Source: Octopus vulgaris (taxonomy: Eukaryota). Taken from it: a DNA stretch of 64,000 nt. The DNA lies in the NCBI GenBank assembly GCA_951406725.2, contig OX597833.1, positions 53,134,001 through 53,198,000 on the forward strand, read 5' to 3'. Both the position numbers and the translations under genes were made by a program. Each line of letters begins with the position of its first letter. Positions within the stretch are counted from its first letter, which is position 1. A model generated the notes under the pieces. That model was given only the letters and a program-made list of their open reading frames with translations, was not told the DNA's origin and ran no database searches. Below are positions 1-13,498 of this stretch, in pieces.

Positions 1-183
1 TCAAATAACCTTTGCATTTGATTTTTTGATGTCCTTACCCCCAAACTTTCGTGAGTTGAGTTGACCAAACACTATATGAGAGATTTTCTTTAAGTATTAG
101 AAATGGTTTTTAAAAAAGTTTTTTAGCTGCTATTTCTAATGAGTTCAGTATGCGGCAAAGTAATTTATTTTACTAAGCCCTTT

Positions 184-242
<59 letters not shown>

Positions 243-244
<2 letters not shown>

Positions 245-365
245 CAACGAGCTTCTTTCAGTTTCTTTCTACCAAATCTGCTCACAAGGCTTTGGTCGGC
301 CCGATGCGAAGACACCCAGCCAATGTGCCAGTTGGACTAAACCTTGAACCTTACCACACAGCCAT
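243..365 (-). mobile_element. SINE family A, degraded 5' fragment
   Basis: cttctttcagttt..ctaccaaat..ctcacaaggctttggtcggccc matches the reverse complement of the family A head at 38976 and 45083. Confidence 0.75.
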
Positions 366-1108
366 TCTGTAGCTTTTAATCCCAATGACAATATAACATA
401 GCCACCAAGGGATCCCTTGGCCGTGTGTCGGCTTACCAACCCCACAAACACAGATCATTTCACGGTGTAAACTACCAATACCTCAGTAGACTATACGCTA
501 AGTAGCACCCATTTTCGTATTTTAATACCGACCTTCTAACGATTCCGCCATAAAATTAGAAATGGCTCACGGAGAGACTTGACGAATATGTTACAATTAT
601 TAAATAAGACATCACAGTTTTTGCCCTGTATTGTCTTACATTCACAACGCCCAACCAACTGAGTCATTTTCTGGAAATCTCGTACATCGACCAAGTTTAA
701 CTAGTTAACAATGAATTATTTTGTTTTACTGATTTTCATCTTAAATTTAGTATTTATTAAAAGAATATTTGTTTTGTCTTTGCTTATACAGAAAACATGC
801 TTTTCACACGTTTTTTTTGTTTTTCTTCTGCTTGCTTTAGTTTATTTCTAAATGGATTTTTTTGTTTAGGCAAAAACAAATTTTGTTGATATTTAACAAA
901 ATCGTGTCAACAAGAACAATTTGAAATATGAAAAAAAAAAAAAAAAAAAAATAGATAACGCATTTTTGTTCTTTTTTTTTTTTCTTGAAGGAAAAAAATA
1001 ACAAGCAAACAAGCAAACAGACAAAATACTCTTATCGGAATTCATATTTTAAAGTTAGAAAAAGTATTTATAATTAAAAAATAACAAAACTATATTAATA
1101 TAACATAA

Positions 1109-1517
1109 CTAGCAGTATCGCCCGGCGTTGCTCGGGTTTGTAAGGGAAATAACTACATAAGCATTTTTAGAGAGTTATAGCCAAAAAATAGGAAAAAAAT
1201 AGCAAAAAAATGCATTAAAAATGGAAAAAAAATTATGGTAAATTTTTTTTTAAATCGTTGACTCATCGTAGACATTTTTAGAGAGTTACTTCCCTTATAT
1301 AATAGCGAAAAAAATGCATTAAAATGGGAAAAAATTATGGGAATTTTTTTTTAAATCGTAGACTCATCGTAGACGCGCGCTAATACCCAGAAGGGCTCGA
1401 TATGAATCACGACTATAAGATACCCGGTTTTGGTTAAACTGCACCGCAAAATGTGGGAGTAGTTAGGAATCTAAATCGTAGGAGACAGACACACAACTTG
1501 ACTTTTATATATAAAGA
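1109..1517 (-). mobile_element. Non-autonomous Helitron
   Basis: Minus strand starts A|TCTTTATATATAAAAG and ends with hairpin CCCGAGCAACGCCGGG, then CTAG|T. AT insertion site, no TSD. The 3' ~290 bp match 38345-38623. Confidence 0.85.
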
Positions 1518-1577
1518 TGACTTTCGGCTAAGAGTAGTCGTTGATGAGAGCGTTCATTTTATCTTTTAGCTTTAATC

Positions 1578-1796
1578 TTTCACTCGTTTCAATCATTGGA
1601 CTGTGGCCATGCTGGAGCACCAGGTTGAAGGGTTTAATCGAACATATCGACCCCGTTACTCGTGTTTTATAAGACTGGTACTTTTTCTGTCGTTCTCGTT
1701 CACCGAACCGCTTACTTACGAGGACGTAAACAAGTCAACACCGGTTTTCAAAAGATAGTGAACGACAAACACAATACAAACGCACGCACATACGTG

Positions 1797-1868
<72 letters not shown>

Positions 1869-1918
1869 TATATATATACATCTATCTATCTATCTATCTA
1901 TCTATATATGTATATGTA

Positions 1919-1977
<59 letters not shown>

Positions 1978-2140
1978 GACAGGCTTCCTCACAGTCTTCG
2001 TCTAACAAATTCACTCACAAGTCATTGGTAGGCCCAAGGTTACAGTAAAAGACACTTTCCCCAAGGTGCCGCGCAGTGGGGCTGAACCCGAAACCATGTA
2101 GCTGTAAAGTGAACTTCTCAACCACATAACCATCCCTGCG
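1578..2140 (-). mobile_element. SINE family A, diverged, with internal TA/GA microsatellite
   Basis: Has the tail motif ggccatgctggagcac and head motifs cccaaggtgccgcgcagtggg / ctgaacccg. Confidence 0.8.
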
Positions 2141-2386
2141 TCGATGATAGAGAAAAATGCTATCTTCTATTGTGTGTGTGTGTGTGTGTGAGTGTGTGTG
2201 TGTGTGTGTGATTGCGTGTGATTGCGTGTGTGTGTGTGAGTATGTGTGAGTATGTGTGTATGCGCGCGAGCATGTGTGTATGGAGTGCGAGTATTATTTT
2301 TGTGGTTGTTTAACACCAAGTCATCCCTGACGGAGCTGACCTGTAAACAAATACATTCCAGACGTGTGTGTTCCGTCTGTTTAGTT

Positions 2387-2689
2387 CAGTGGTTCTCAAC
2401 AAGGGTCCACATAGCCCCTGAGGATCCATATATAAGAATTTTAGGGGGTTCACACAAAGAAATAGTAATTTGGGGGAAAATTCTGTTTTAGTTTTTTGCA
2501 TTGGTATGTATGGAAGAAGCCGCTAGGTTTCTTTCTCTAACATTTTACCTAGTTCAACCTACACAAGTGAATGCGGGGAGAACAAAATAGAAATTTTGGA
2601 AGACGTATCTATAAAACTAGTTTTTAAACATCGAATGGGTATGGGGATCCACCAAAACAAGATAGTAATCAAATGGTTGAGAACCACTG
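2387..2689. mobile_element. hAT-type MITE
   Basis: TIRs CAGTGGTTCTCAAC ... GTTGAGAACCACTG. 8-bp flanks gtttagtt / gtttaggt (7/8 match, TSD). Confidence 0.85.
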
Positions 2690-2862
2690 GTTTAGGTGAA
2701 TGTCTTGGATTGATTTATCTAATATGTCCTTCCTTTTTTTTTAGACGGCGTGCTTTGCAAGAAATTTTGTCGCTAAACTAGAGGTTAAACATCTTAAAAT
2801 GCCGAAGTGGTAAAAAAAAAAGTCACATATTAACGTAAAAGTGTATCAACAGCGAACGTCAG

Positions 2863-3099
2863 TTTCTTATTTCTTTACTACCCACAAGGGGCTAAACACA
2901 GAGAGGCCAAACAAGGACAGACAAAGGCATTAAGTCGATTATATCGACTCCAGTGTGTAACTGGTACGTATTTAATCGACCCCAAAAGGATGAAAGGCAA
3001 AGTCGACCTCGGCGGAATTTGAACTCAGAACGTAACAGCAGACGAAATACCGCTAAGCATTTCGCCCGGCGTGCTACCGTTCCTGCTAGCTCACCGCCT
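2863..3099 (-). mobile_element. SINE family B
   Basis: Reverse complement reads ggcggtgagct..gttctgagttcaaattccgccgaggtcgactttgcctttcatcc..agccccttgtgggtagtaaagaaata. Contains a B-box-like GAGTTCAAATTCC. Confidence 0.85.
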
Positions 3100-3579
3100 T
3101 TCTGCCATCTCGCCGCTCTCGAACATCAGTTTCTGCTTATCACATATACTTTAAAAAATCTCAGAATCTTATTTCTGATAGTTCTCATAATCTCACATGA
3201 TTTCTCCAGAAAATCTTACATTTTCGGCATAACCAAAACTCCATTAAATGAATGAGATCGACTAAAAAGATAAAGTAATTCATTTTAAAATTCAAGCATC
3301 ATTTTTTTTCACTATCTTTATCCAAATGTCTATCAAACCTAATGAGTTTCATGTATGAATAATGTTGATATCATAGAATAAAACTGTTGAAGAGCCTTTT
3401 GTGACCGTAATCTTACTGAAGCCAGTAAACAAATATTTCCTGGATCTTACTGTGCACTAGTGTTGATCTATATCAGTAAAAAGAAAATCATTAGATATAT
3501 GAAAGGATTTCGGTTCACAAAAATATAACCTGTAGTTCAATTTCCCCGAGTTATTAATATAACATTATTAATATATATA

Positions 3580-3780
3580 CTCTTTTACTTGTTTCAGTCA
3601 TTTGACTGCGGCCATGATGGAGCACCGCCTTTAGTCGAGCAAATCGACTCCGGGACTTATTCTTTGTAAGTCCAGTACTTATTCTATCGATCTCTTTTGC
3701 CCAACCGCTAAGTGACGGGGACGTAAACACATCAGCATCGGTTGTCAAGCAATGCTAGGGGGACAAACACAGACACACAA

Positions 3781-3867
<87 letters not shown>

Positions 3868-4029
3868 TACGACAGGCTTTTTTCAGTTTCCGTCTACCAA
3901 ATCCACTCACAAGGCATTGGTCGGCCCGGGGCTATAGCAGAAGACACTTGCCCAAGATGCCACGCAGTGGGACTGAACCCGGAACCATGTGGTTGGTTAG
4001 CAAGCTACTTACCACACAGCCACTCCTAT
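3580..4029 (-). mobile_element. SINE family A, full length
   Basis: Near-identical to 5568-5973 in the opposite orientation. tRNA-like head with GGGTTCAGTCCC B-box, internal (CA)/(TA) repeat, (gtaaaaga) tail. Confidence 0.9.
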
Positions 4030-4453
4030 TCTATTATTTTTATTTCCAATGATATTATATATATATATCTGTCAATAGATCCCTTGGTATCTTCTTACCA
4101 ACCCACCAAACTATTGATAAGAAAAAATATAACAACATAGGAAAACAAAGGAATCAACTGTCTTGTAAGCGTGCTCGAATTTGTTGGAGGTGGTGTGAAC
4201 TTCCTTTAAAAGGCGGGCTATTTTAAATAAATAACTAGTGTTTTAGTTTAATGTTATGATGTACCACTGAATATATCTATATTGTGTGTGTGTAGACAGG
4301 GGCGAATACGTTGTCTTTATAGACAATACATTCGTGAACGAAACAAAAGAGGGTTTACAAATTCTAGGGTACACTGATTCTTTCATCTCGCAAGGTAGTA
4401 CGAAGGTAATTAGCACTGCTTCTTCCATCCATTTCACCCGTCATTTAGAGATG

Positions 4454-4799
4454 TGTTATGTCGCAATACTACACAGTGGCTGTGTGAGCTATCTCATCCT
4501 CGTCGCCACTGTTATGTCGCACGTTCAGATGACCTCTACTCAACTCTATTCTTTTCTACTCTGCTCTAGTCTGAACTCTGATGTCTAGGCTTCTCCCACT
4601 ATATCCACGTACTGGGCCAGTTCACATCATTGTCTGGGAGCGTCCACACAACAAGATGAAATACTTCATGGGCACCAGTCTTAGAGAGACTGCAAAGTCC
4701 CTTCTCACCAACCAGTCTTCGAGGGTCTATGAAGGTTGTGACCACTGCTTCCTTCATTTCACCAGTCAGCGGAGAGGTACCAGTAAGGGTATTGATACA
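4454..4799 (-). mobile_element. Possible LTR retrotransposon relic (LTR plus PBS)
   Basis: Minus strand runs TGT(4799)...GACATAACA(4510), followed by G-TGGCGACGAG (PBS-like). A second TGCGACATAACA lies at 4454-4465. Confidence 0.35.
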
Positions 4800-5567
4800 G
4801 CTCCACCTATTTCATCAATTTTCAAGGACTTACGAAGGTCAAACGGTTTTTCCTTCTAATAAAAACTTTAAAACTTTTTTTTTTCAAAATACTCGCAAAA
4901 AAAGGACTTATTAGCTTTGAAAGATTTACGAAGATCAACAGTATTTAAACCAATAAATGGTTTTTTTTTTCAAAATATTCATCAACAGAATTACCAGCTA
5001 TTTTGAAATGAAAAGATGCTTCACAAAAACTATTATATTTGTGTATACAATATGTGTTGCAAACGAAATATTTGCATGTGTTGTGTATATAATATTCATA
5101 ACAGTATAGCTAAAGTATATAAACAAAAACAGATTTAGGATTTAGGCGTCTATGTATGGTAATTAAAGGTGTGCCTGTGTATCCGCAGATATATTTACTT
5201 ATCCAGTTCTCTTACATTTTTCCTATCACTCGTTATCGTTATCTCTCTTTCCTCCCTCCTCTCTCTCTCTCGTACACACACACAAATACACGTACATAAA
5301 CATACTAATTACAGCATGTAATCATAACTATTTTCTAGTGTCTTTTCATTTAGCCAATGTTGATATTTCATTGTGTGTGTCTGTGTGTGTGCTCGTGTCT
5401 GTGTGTTTGTGTGCGCGTGCGTGTGTGTGTGTGTACACTGCATGTGAAAGTATGTATATGCTATGTCATTATTCAATTTTATTTCAAGATTTCTTGCCAA
5501 TAGAGAAAGAGACACTTTCTAACCAAGATCCAAGGTTCCTTCATTGGAATCTCAACAACATCAACAG

Positions 5568-5973
5568 GGTAGGAGTGGCTGTGTGGTAAGTAGCTTGCTA
5601 ACCAACCACATGGTTCCGGATTCAGTCCCACTGCGTGGCATCTTGGGCAAGTGTCTTCTGCTATAGCCCCGAGCCGACCAATGCCTTGTGAGTGGATTTG
5701 GTAGACGGAAACTGAAAGAAGCCTGTCGTATATATGCATATGTATATATATGTATGTGTGTGTTTGTGTGTCTGTGTTTGTCCCCCTAGCATTGCTTGAC
5801 AACCGATGCTGGTGTGTTTACGTCCCCGTCACTTAGCGGTTCGGCAAAATAGACCAATAGAATAAGTACTGGGCTTACAAAGAATAAGTCCCGGGGTCGA
5901 TTTGCTCGACTAAAGGCAGTGCTCCAGCATGGCCGCAGTCAAATGACTGAAACAAGTAAAAGAGTAAAAGAGT
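5568..5973 (+). mobile_element. SINE family A, full length
   Basis: aggagtggctgtgtggtaag (A-box-like), ggattcagtccc (B-box-like), ends aagtaaaagagtaaaagagta. Confidence 0.9.
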
Positions 5974-6361
5974 ATATGTGTGCATGTATGCAGTATTTGG
6001 AGTCAGTACATGTGCAGATTTGAGTGTTTTGTTTTATGCATGTAATCTCATGCATATAGTTGGATGTTTAGACATGCACACATATACTTAAATAATAAAC
6101 TTCTAGAAAGTTTTACAGTTCTAGTGATGGATTGGATCTGTAGTCTTCGAATCATCTTTCACCTTTCCGGTTTTGAGAACCCTAATTTCTCAAGCTTAGG
6201 CCGTGTGTTACAAATCCCAGTGCTCCAATAATTACAGGTATAAACCTGAAATTGTAATCTGAGTAGAGTAACTGTAGATTTCTCAATAGTTTAGCGTAGG
6301 TGATTTGTGTAGCAAAATCCTTAGCTTTATGTTAACATCCTCTGGGCGGCGGACTTCCATA

Positions 6362-6664
<303 letters not shown>

Positions 6665-6674
6665 GTGTGTGCAT

Positions 6675-7043
6675 CGCAGGCATGGCTGTATGGTAAGAAG
6701 TTTGCTTCTCAACGACATGGTTATGGTTACAGGTTTTGTCCTACTGTGTGGCACCTTGGCCATGTGTCTTCTACTATAGCCTCAGACCGACCAAAGCATT
6801 GTGAGTGGATTTGGTAGACGGAAACTGAAAGAAACCTGTTGTGGATCGTTGGCGAATTTTTTTCCTCCGCCTTGCTTTTCTCTTGGACTTTCCTCTGTCT
6901 CTTGTTTCTGAAGAAGAGCATTGCACGAAATGTAAAACTACCTTTCTTTCCTTCCCTAAGCGTGTGTTAATACTTTGCATCTACCACGTACTCGCGTTGT
7001 TGGTTTATTTTTGTTGGGTTTTTTCTTCGTTTTATTTAATTAA

Positions 7044-7115
<72 letters not shown>

Positions 7116-7345
7116 GTTCGTGTGTATGTATCTATTTATGTGTCTGTGTTTGTCCCACCACCATCACTTGACAACCGACTTCGGTGTGTTTACGTCCCCA
7201 AAATTTGACAAAAGAGACCGCTAGAATAAGTACTAGGCTTCGAAAGAATAAGTCCTGGAACGATTTGCTCGATTAAAGGCGGTGCTCCAGCATGGCCACA
7301 GTAAATTGCCTGAAACAAGTAAAACAATAAAAGAATAAAAGAACA
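6675..7345 (+). mobile_element. SINE family A split by a hammerhead-bearing insert
   Basis: Head at 6675-6840 and 3' half at about 7130-7345. The intervening 6840-7025 is homologous to 44862-45069. Confidence 0.8.
6904..6938 (+). ncRNA. Degenerate minimal hammerhead ribozyme motif
   Basis: GUUU CUGAAGA A GAGC auu GCAC GAAA U GUA AAAC. Stem I GUUU/AAAC intact, one stem II mismatch. Confidence 0.55.
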
Positions 7346-7419
7346 TACATACATACATACATCCATATATATATATATATATACATAGAGAGAGAGAGAG
7401 GGGGGGAGAGAAAATAGGA

Positions 7420-7489
<70 letters not shown>

Positions 7490-7490
<1 letters not shown>

Positions 7491-7662
7491 TGTTTCTTTA
7501 TTAGCCACACAGGGCTGCACACAGACAGGACAAATTACAAGGTAGAGCTTTTCTTTTGGGGGTAAAAAAAAAGGGGGTTTGGTTTTCGATCAAAAGGGAT
7601 TGTAAAGGGAAAGAAAGAGGACCAAAAGAAAGGGGGGAATAAAATTTTTAAAAAAGGGGGTG
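7490..7662 (-). mobile_element. Retroelement 3' tail embedded in (GATA)n
   Basis: ccacacagggc..acacaga.aggacaaat.acaa..tagagcttttctttt is shared with 46916-47008. (GATA)n on both sides. Confidence 0.55.
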
Positions 7663-7702
<40 letters not shown>

Positions 7703-7703
7703 C

Positions 7704-7737
<34 letters not shown>

Positions 7738-8089
7738 GCAGGCAGGTAGGCAGACAGACCAGACAAACAGATCTTCTAAGCACTTTCCTGACCTTCCCCT
7801 CACCCTTCCCTCTTTCTTCTCTGCTGTTTATCTATATATGTCTTTTTGCTACCACCGTCTCCTCCCCATTTTAAAAGAAAAGAAAAGAAAAGAAAGAAAA
7901 ACACACTTTCGCCTGTTTTCTGATGGACGAGGTCACCAAGTCCACCGAAGCACGTCTGCATGGTGCTTACAGTAGACGTGGAAATAATTTGTTTTCAAAC
8001 AAATCGAGGCAAAATAGAAACGGTTTGTACTTAATTTATGAAAACAAAATCACCACCGAACTCTCCTCAGTCATACATTGTAAACACTG

Positions 8090-8169
8090 ACACACGTGCA
8101 CGCACACATACACACCCACATATACACACGCACACATACACACATACACACATATATATACACACACCA

Positions 8170-8205
<36 letters not shown>

Positions 8206-8690
8206 CACACGCACGCTCACACATACACACATACACATACACACATGCACACATACACACATATACACACATACACATATACACACATACACATATACAC
8301 ATATACACACACCGCACACATACACATATACACATATACACATACACACATACACACATATACACACATACACATATACACACACCACGCACATACACAT
8401 ATACACATATACACATATACACATATACACATACACACATATACACACATACACATACACACATATATACACATACACACATACACACATATACACACAT
8501 ACACACATATACACATATACACACATATACACATATACACATATACACACACCACGCACATACACATATACACACACATACACACATACACACATATACA
8601 CACATACACACATATACACACATACACACATATATATACACACACCACGCACGCACGCTCACATACATTCACACATATATACAAAGACAC
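8090..8690. repeat. Degenerate (CA/CATA)n low-complexity tract
   Basis: Directly visible; source of several spurious ORFs. Confidence 0.95.
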
Positions 8691-8898
8691 ATACCCTCGC
8701 ACAAAATGGATAAGGAAAAGTCACCAATAAATTAATCGTTAGTTATCGTTGTTGGTGTTATATGTGTTGTTGTTTAACCACGGGTCAAGACATTATCCAC
8801 CCTACCCGTAATCAAACGCATTTAAACCGTGACCATCCTGTCATAGTAGTGTTATCTAGAACTCCATTCTTTAACGTGACCTTCCATTGTTTTGTTTG

Positions 8899-9824
8899 GG
8901 ATCTATTCCATCTCAATCACAGATTTTTTAATTTTTTTTTTTTTTTAATTAAACAGTTTGAAACTTCGAATACTGGTAGAATTTCTCACACAGAACACTG
9001 TTTACTCTGAACGTTTTTGATCAAATTTCGAATTTTAGAAGTTATTTCGTGTTAAAGTTGACGTATTTGGGTAATTTCAACCAATCAACGACGTGTATTC
9101 AGTTGAAGAAAACTACTGCTGTTTGCGATAGTAATCAAAGAGGAAAAACCACCAGTCCGCAGCTAGTTTGTTTTTTTTGTTTCTGACGTATATGTAGTTT
9201 CAAAATGCCTTATTTTACAACCATGAGATGTATTGTTATTGTCATGAGTTTATCTTACTATAATCAACAACAAACACATTTCGTCAATATAAAAGTCTTT
9301 ATTAGATAAAAAACAACAACAACAACATTATCAAAACATGAAGGTAAAACAAAACAAATAGCGGCTTATACACCGGAAAATACGGTAGTTGTAGTAGCAG
9401 CGACAATTTCGCTCGCTGGTTGCTAGTTGAAAGTGTAGAAGGGAGGGAAAGAGTAAGGAATGCACGATGATGACTAGAAAGGAAGAAAAGATCATGGTAG
9501 CATCGTCTTCGCACAGCATACTAATAGAACAGTGGTGACATTAAGTAGAGATGACCCGGAAGTTGTTCCTCTTCGATTACAATCGCAAACAGCAGTAGTT
9601 TTTCTTCTACCGAATACACGCTTTTGATTGGTTGAAATTACCCAAATACGACAACTTGAACACGAAATAACTTCTAAAATACGAAATTTGGTCAAAAGCG
9701 TTCAGAGTAAACCGTGTTCTACTTGAGAAATTCTACCAGTATTCGAAGTTTCAAACTGTTTAGTTAAAAAAAATTAGTTAAAAAAAATTAATTAAAAAGT
9801 CTGTGATTGAGATGGAATAGATCC
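8899..9824. mobile_element. Foldback-type non-autonomous DNA transposon with ~250 bp TIRs
   Basis: ggatctattccatctcaatcacaga...caaagaggaa (8899-~9145) is the reverse complement of ~9566-9824 (...tctgtgattgagatggaatagatcc). Confidence 0.85.
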
Positions 9825-10289
9825 TTTGGTTTATTTTGCTATTTTTGGTGGAGGAAAAGCTGATGGGATATTATATAAAGAAAATTAGGTTGCTATTTCT
9901 AGCATGTCCAGCTACCATTTTGGAGGTGCCATGTTCTTGTTTAGCTCCAGATCAAACCTTATCGAGGAGACTTACGACCAAAGCGTTCCAACCGTGTCCG
10001 TGCCATCATTTTGCCAAGACCTAGTGAATCAGGAAATGCATAATCCGACGAATGCTTCCTCTAATCAACAAGACAGTGTGCGATCTGAGGAAAATTTGGT
10101 TGCTATTTCTAGCAAGACGAATGACCGCATCGAAACCGCCCGATTAGTTCAGTGGTTTTCAACCATTTTTGGCTTGCTTGCTTTTTTTATCTATGGACCT
10201 CACTTTGGTTCGTATTTTATACAGGTGAGTCCTGATAGCTATTCAATGTTTTTAAAAATCCTATTGATATAGTTTTAAAAATTAAATAT

Positions 10290-10502
10290 TGGTTTCAATT
10301 TTTAACGCAAGGCCAGCAATTTTGGGGAAGGGACTGAATTGATTACATTGATCCCAATACTCAACTGGCACTTATTTTATCAACTCCGAAAGGATGAAAG
10401 ACAAAGTCGACCTCAGCAGAATTTTAACTCAGAACGTGTAGACGGACTAAATGCCGCTGAGCATTTCGTTCGGAATGCTAACGATTTTACTAGATCGCCG
10501 CT
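10290..10502 (-). mobile_element. SINE family B, single core with tail Y
   Basis: ccgaaaggatgaaagacaaagtcgacctc core, and caaggccagcaattttgggg tail. Confidence 0.75.
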
Positions 10503-10544
10503 CTACTTAATAATTAAATATTATTAGAAATTTAATTAAAAAGT

Positions 10545-10741
10545 TCTTTTACTTGTTTCAGTCATTTGACTGTGGCCATGCTGGAGCACCGCCTTTAGTC
10601 GAGCAAATCGACCCCAGGAATTATTCTATATAAGCCTAGGACTTATTCTATCGGGCTCTTATGCCGAACCGCTAAGTTACGGGGACGTAAACACACCAGC
10701 ATCGGTTGTCAAGCGATGTTGAGGGGACAAACACAGACACA

Positions 10742-10781
<40 letters not shown>

Positions 10782-10784
10782 TAC

Positions 10785-10835
<51 letters not shown>

Positions 10836-10942
10836 TACGACGGGCTTCTTTCAGTTTCCGTCTACCAAATCCACTCACAAGGCTTTGGTTGGCCCGAGGC
10901 TATAGTAGAAGACACTTAACCAAGGTGCCACGCAGTGGGACT
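10545..10942 (-). mobile_element. SINE family A, 5'-truncated
   Basis: High similarity to 3580-4029. Confidence 0.85.
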
Positions 10943-11384
10943 TTATGCATCGAAGAAGTAAAACCAATTTATTGCAGATAAATTTTAACAGCAAAATCTT
11001 AAATGGACCCCCAAAGGCACCAGGGACCCTGGAGTAACTATTGACATCTTCATACCACGCAGTGCCATTTTGTCACTATTTTCGTTGTTTCAAATGTTGT
11101 TTTTTTTCTTTTTCTTTTTGTTTCTTATTCGTCTTCTTTCCATATTCTTTCTTGTGGGGCGGGGTAAGTCAAACATCTGTCAACAGGTACGAGATCTGAG
11201 CCATATGATATGAAGAGACCACCGGCCGATAGATAAATTGTTGTTTCTCTTCATGTCATCATTTTTTCCTCCTTTTTTTTTTTTTTTTACTTTTGTTTAT
11301 TTTAGCTTTGATTTGGTTTTTGGCGAATGTCTTCAAGCTGTCGCAAACATAAACCTACGGTTTAACTTCCGAAAAAAAAATAAT

Positions 11385-11906
<522 letters not shown>

Positions 11907-11994
11907 AATCGTTTTGTTTTGTTTGTCGAAATTGCTTACTGTGCACCTCCTACTAGTTAATAAGCTGGTATTATTATTCATAATAGTGTATCTC

Positions 11995-12195
11995 TGGGAC
12001 AGCAAGCTGGCTGAATTGTTAGCATGTGGGCCTTGGTTCTGGTTCACTACGTTCTGAGTTCGAATGCCGCCGAAGTCATTTTTCCCCCTTTCATTCTTAC
12101 AGGAGTCGCTAAAATAATTACAAGTACTGGGGCCGATGCAATCGACTTACACTGTCTCCTAAAACTGCTAGCCCTGCCCCAAAATGTTAAACCAT
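11995..12195 (+). mobile_element. SINE family B, degraded
   Basis: agctggctgaattgttagca..acgttctgagttcgaatgccgccgaagtc..ctttcatt. Confidence 0.65.
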
Positions 12196-13498
12196 TATAC
12201 TGGTTGTATTGAAATAATCAGTATATGACTTAACTTATTAAACAAAGTTCAATTAATTCATTCATATTTATGTAATGAAGGAGATTGGATGTTAAAATGG
12301 ATAGATGATTTTTAATTTTTCATATTGCTTTACAATTGTTTCATACAAATGGACTCAGATATTCATAAATACAAAATCGTAATAGTCATACTTGTACTCC
12401 TCATTTTAAGTAGTGGGAAGCGATTTTCTTCACTACTTCAGGGAGTGACGACCCTGCCTGACACGAATCTTGGGCTCAGCTGACTCCGGCTGACAGCACC
12501 CGGTATGGGCCCCTATCCAGGGTTACAGAAAGGAGACAACCTTCAAAGAAATCCAGAGTGGAGCCCTGTAGGCGCTTAAGTGTTCGACTCGACACTCTTC
12601 CTGCAGATCCTGCAACCAAGGTCGAGAGGGGGATCCTGACTATTGGGCTACCCAAGATTTTCTTACATCTAGCCCAGGCCTGCTCAAAACTGGAGAGAAA
12701 ACTTCGACTTGCCCTTCCAGATGCGCAACTCCATTGTCTCTCGAGACAAAAGAATGCCAACAACAACAACTCCTCAGTAGTTAATAGAAAATAAAAAAGA
12801 AGACGTTTAAAGTACATAGGTTACCATTTTATGCGATTTATATATTCGTTCTTCCAGTCACGTTTATTTGAATCTAGACTAAAAAATATAGGAAGTGGAT
12901 GCTAATATATGTAATATTAAATCTGACCTCCTCTCTATGAAATCAAATATGTATCTCTATTTAACTCTCCTTAATTTTTTTTACTGGTCAAGCTGTATTT
13001 GTATGTACGTTGTGAATTACCAAATAAGGAGGTATGTTTTTACGAATTCATATTTAATTTTTACTTAACCGTCAAAAATATACACAAAAATATACACAAC
13101 TATTTCGACATACATTAACAAAAAAAAACCTTTCTTATATACAAAATGGTTCTATATCTGATTATATGGAAGATTATCATGTAAGTAATTCCTTTTAGAC
13201 TTATTTACTCGTATAGTATTTATTTCTAAATCTTCTTGAAAATATATCAAGTTGTGGATAGATAATTAATTACGACATATTACACCTATTTTTTGTCAAT
13301 GAATATTTGACCTATTATTTACAAAAAATACTAAAATTAAAAATTTTATAAACTAGAAAGTATTCCCAAATATTAGTACCAACCACCAATTTATTAAAAA
13401 TATTAGGTCAGAAGAAGAATTCAAAGTTGAACTTTGTTTAATAAGATAAGTCATATACTGATCATTTCGATATATATATGTGTGTGTGTGTGTGTGTA

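Larger units (their letters stand above)
10150..11040. mobile_element. Probable hAT MITE disrupted by nested SINEs
   Basis: Left end cagtggttttcaacc resembles the TIR at 2387. The right TIR is not clearly recognisable. Confidence 0.35.

Noticed and set aside
3742-4140. Recurring peptides such as [33 protein letters not shown] in many ORFs
   Set aside because: These are antisense translations of SINE A copies, not a gene family.
7915-7960. CUGAUG...CGAAGCACGUC hammerhead-like string
   Set aside because: Both core boxes are broken and there is no convincing stem I.
12440-12730. GC-richer segment with PLDLGCR on the minus strand, reminiscent of the PxEVGCRG motif of REL-endonuclease LINEs
   Set aside because: The match is short and surrounded by stops; it needs a translated search.
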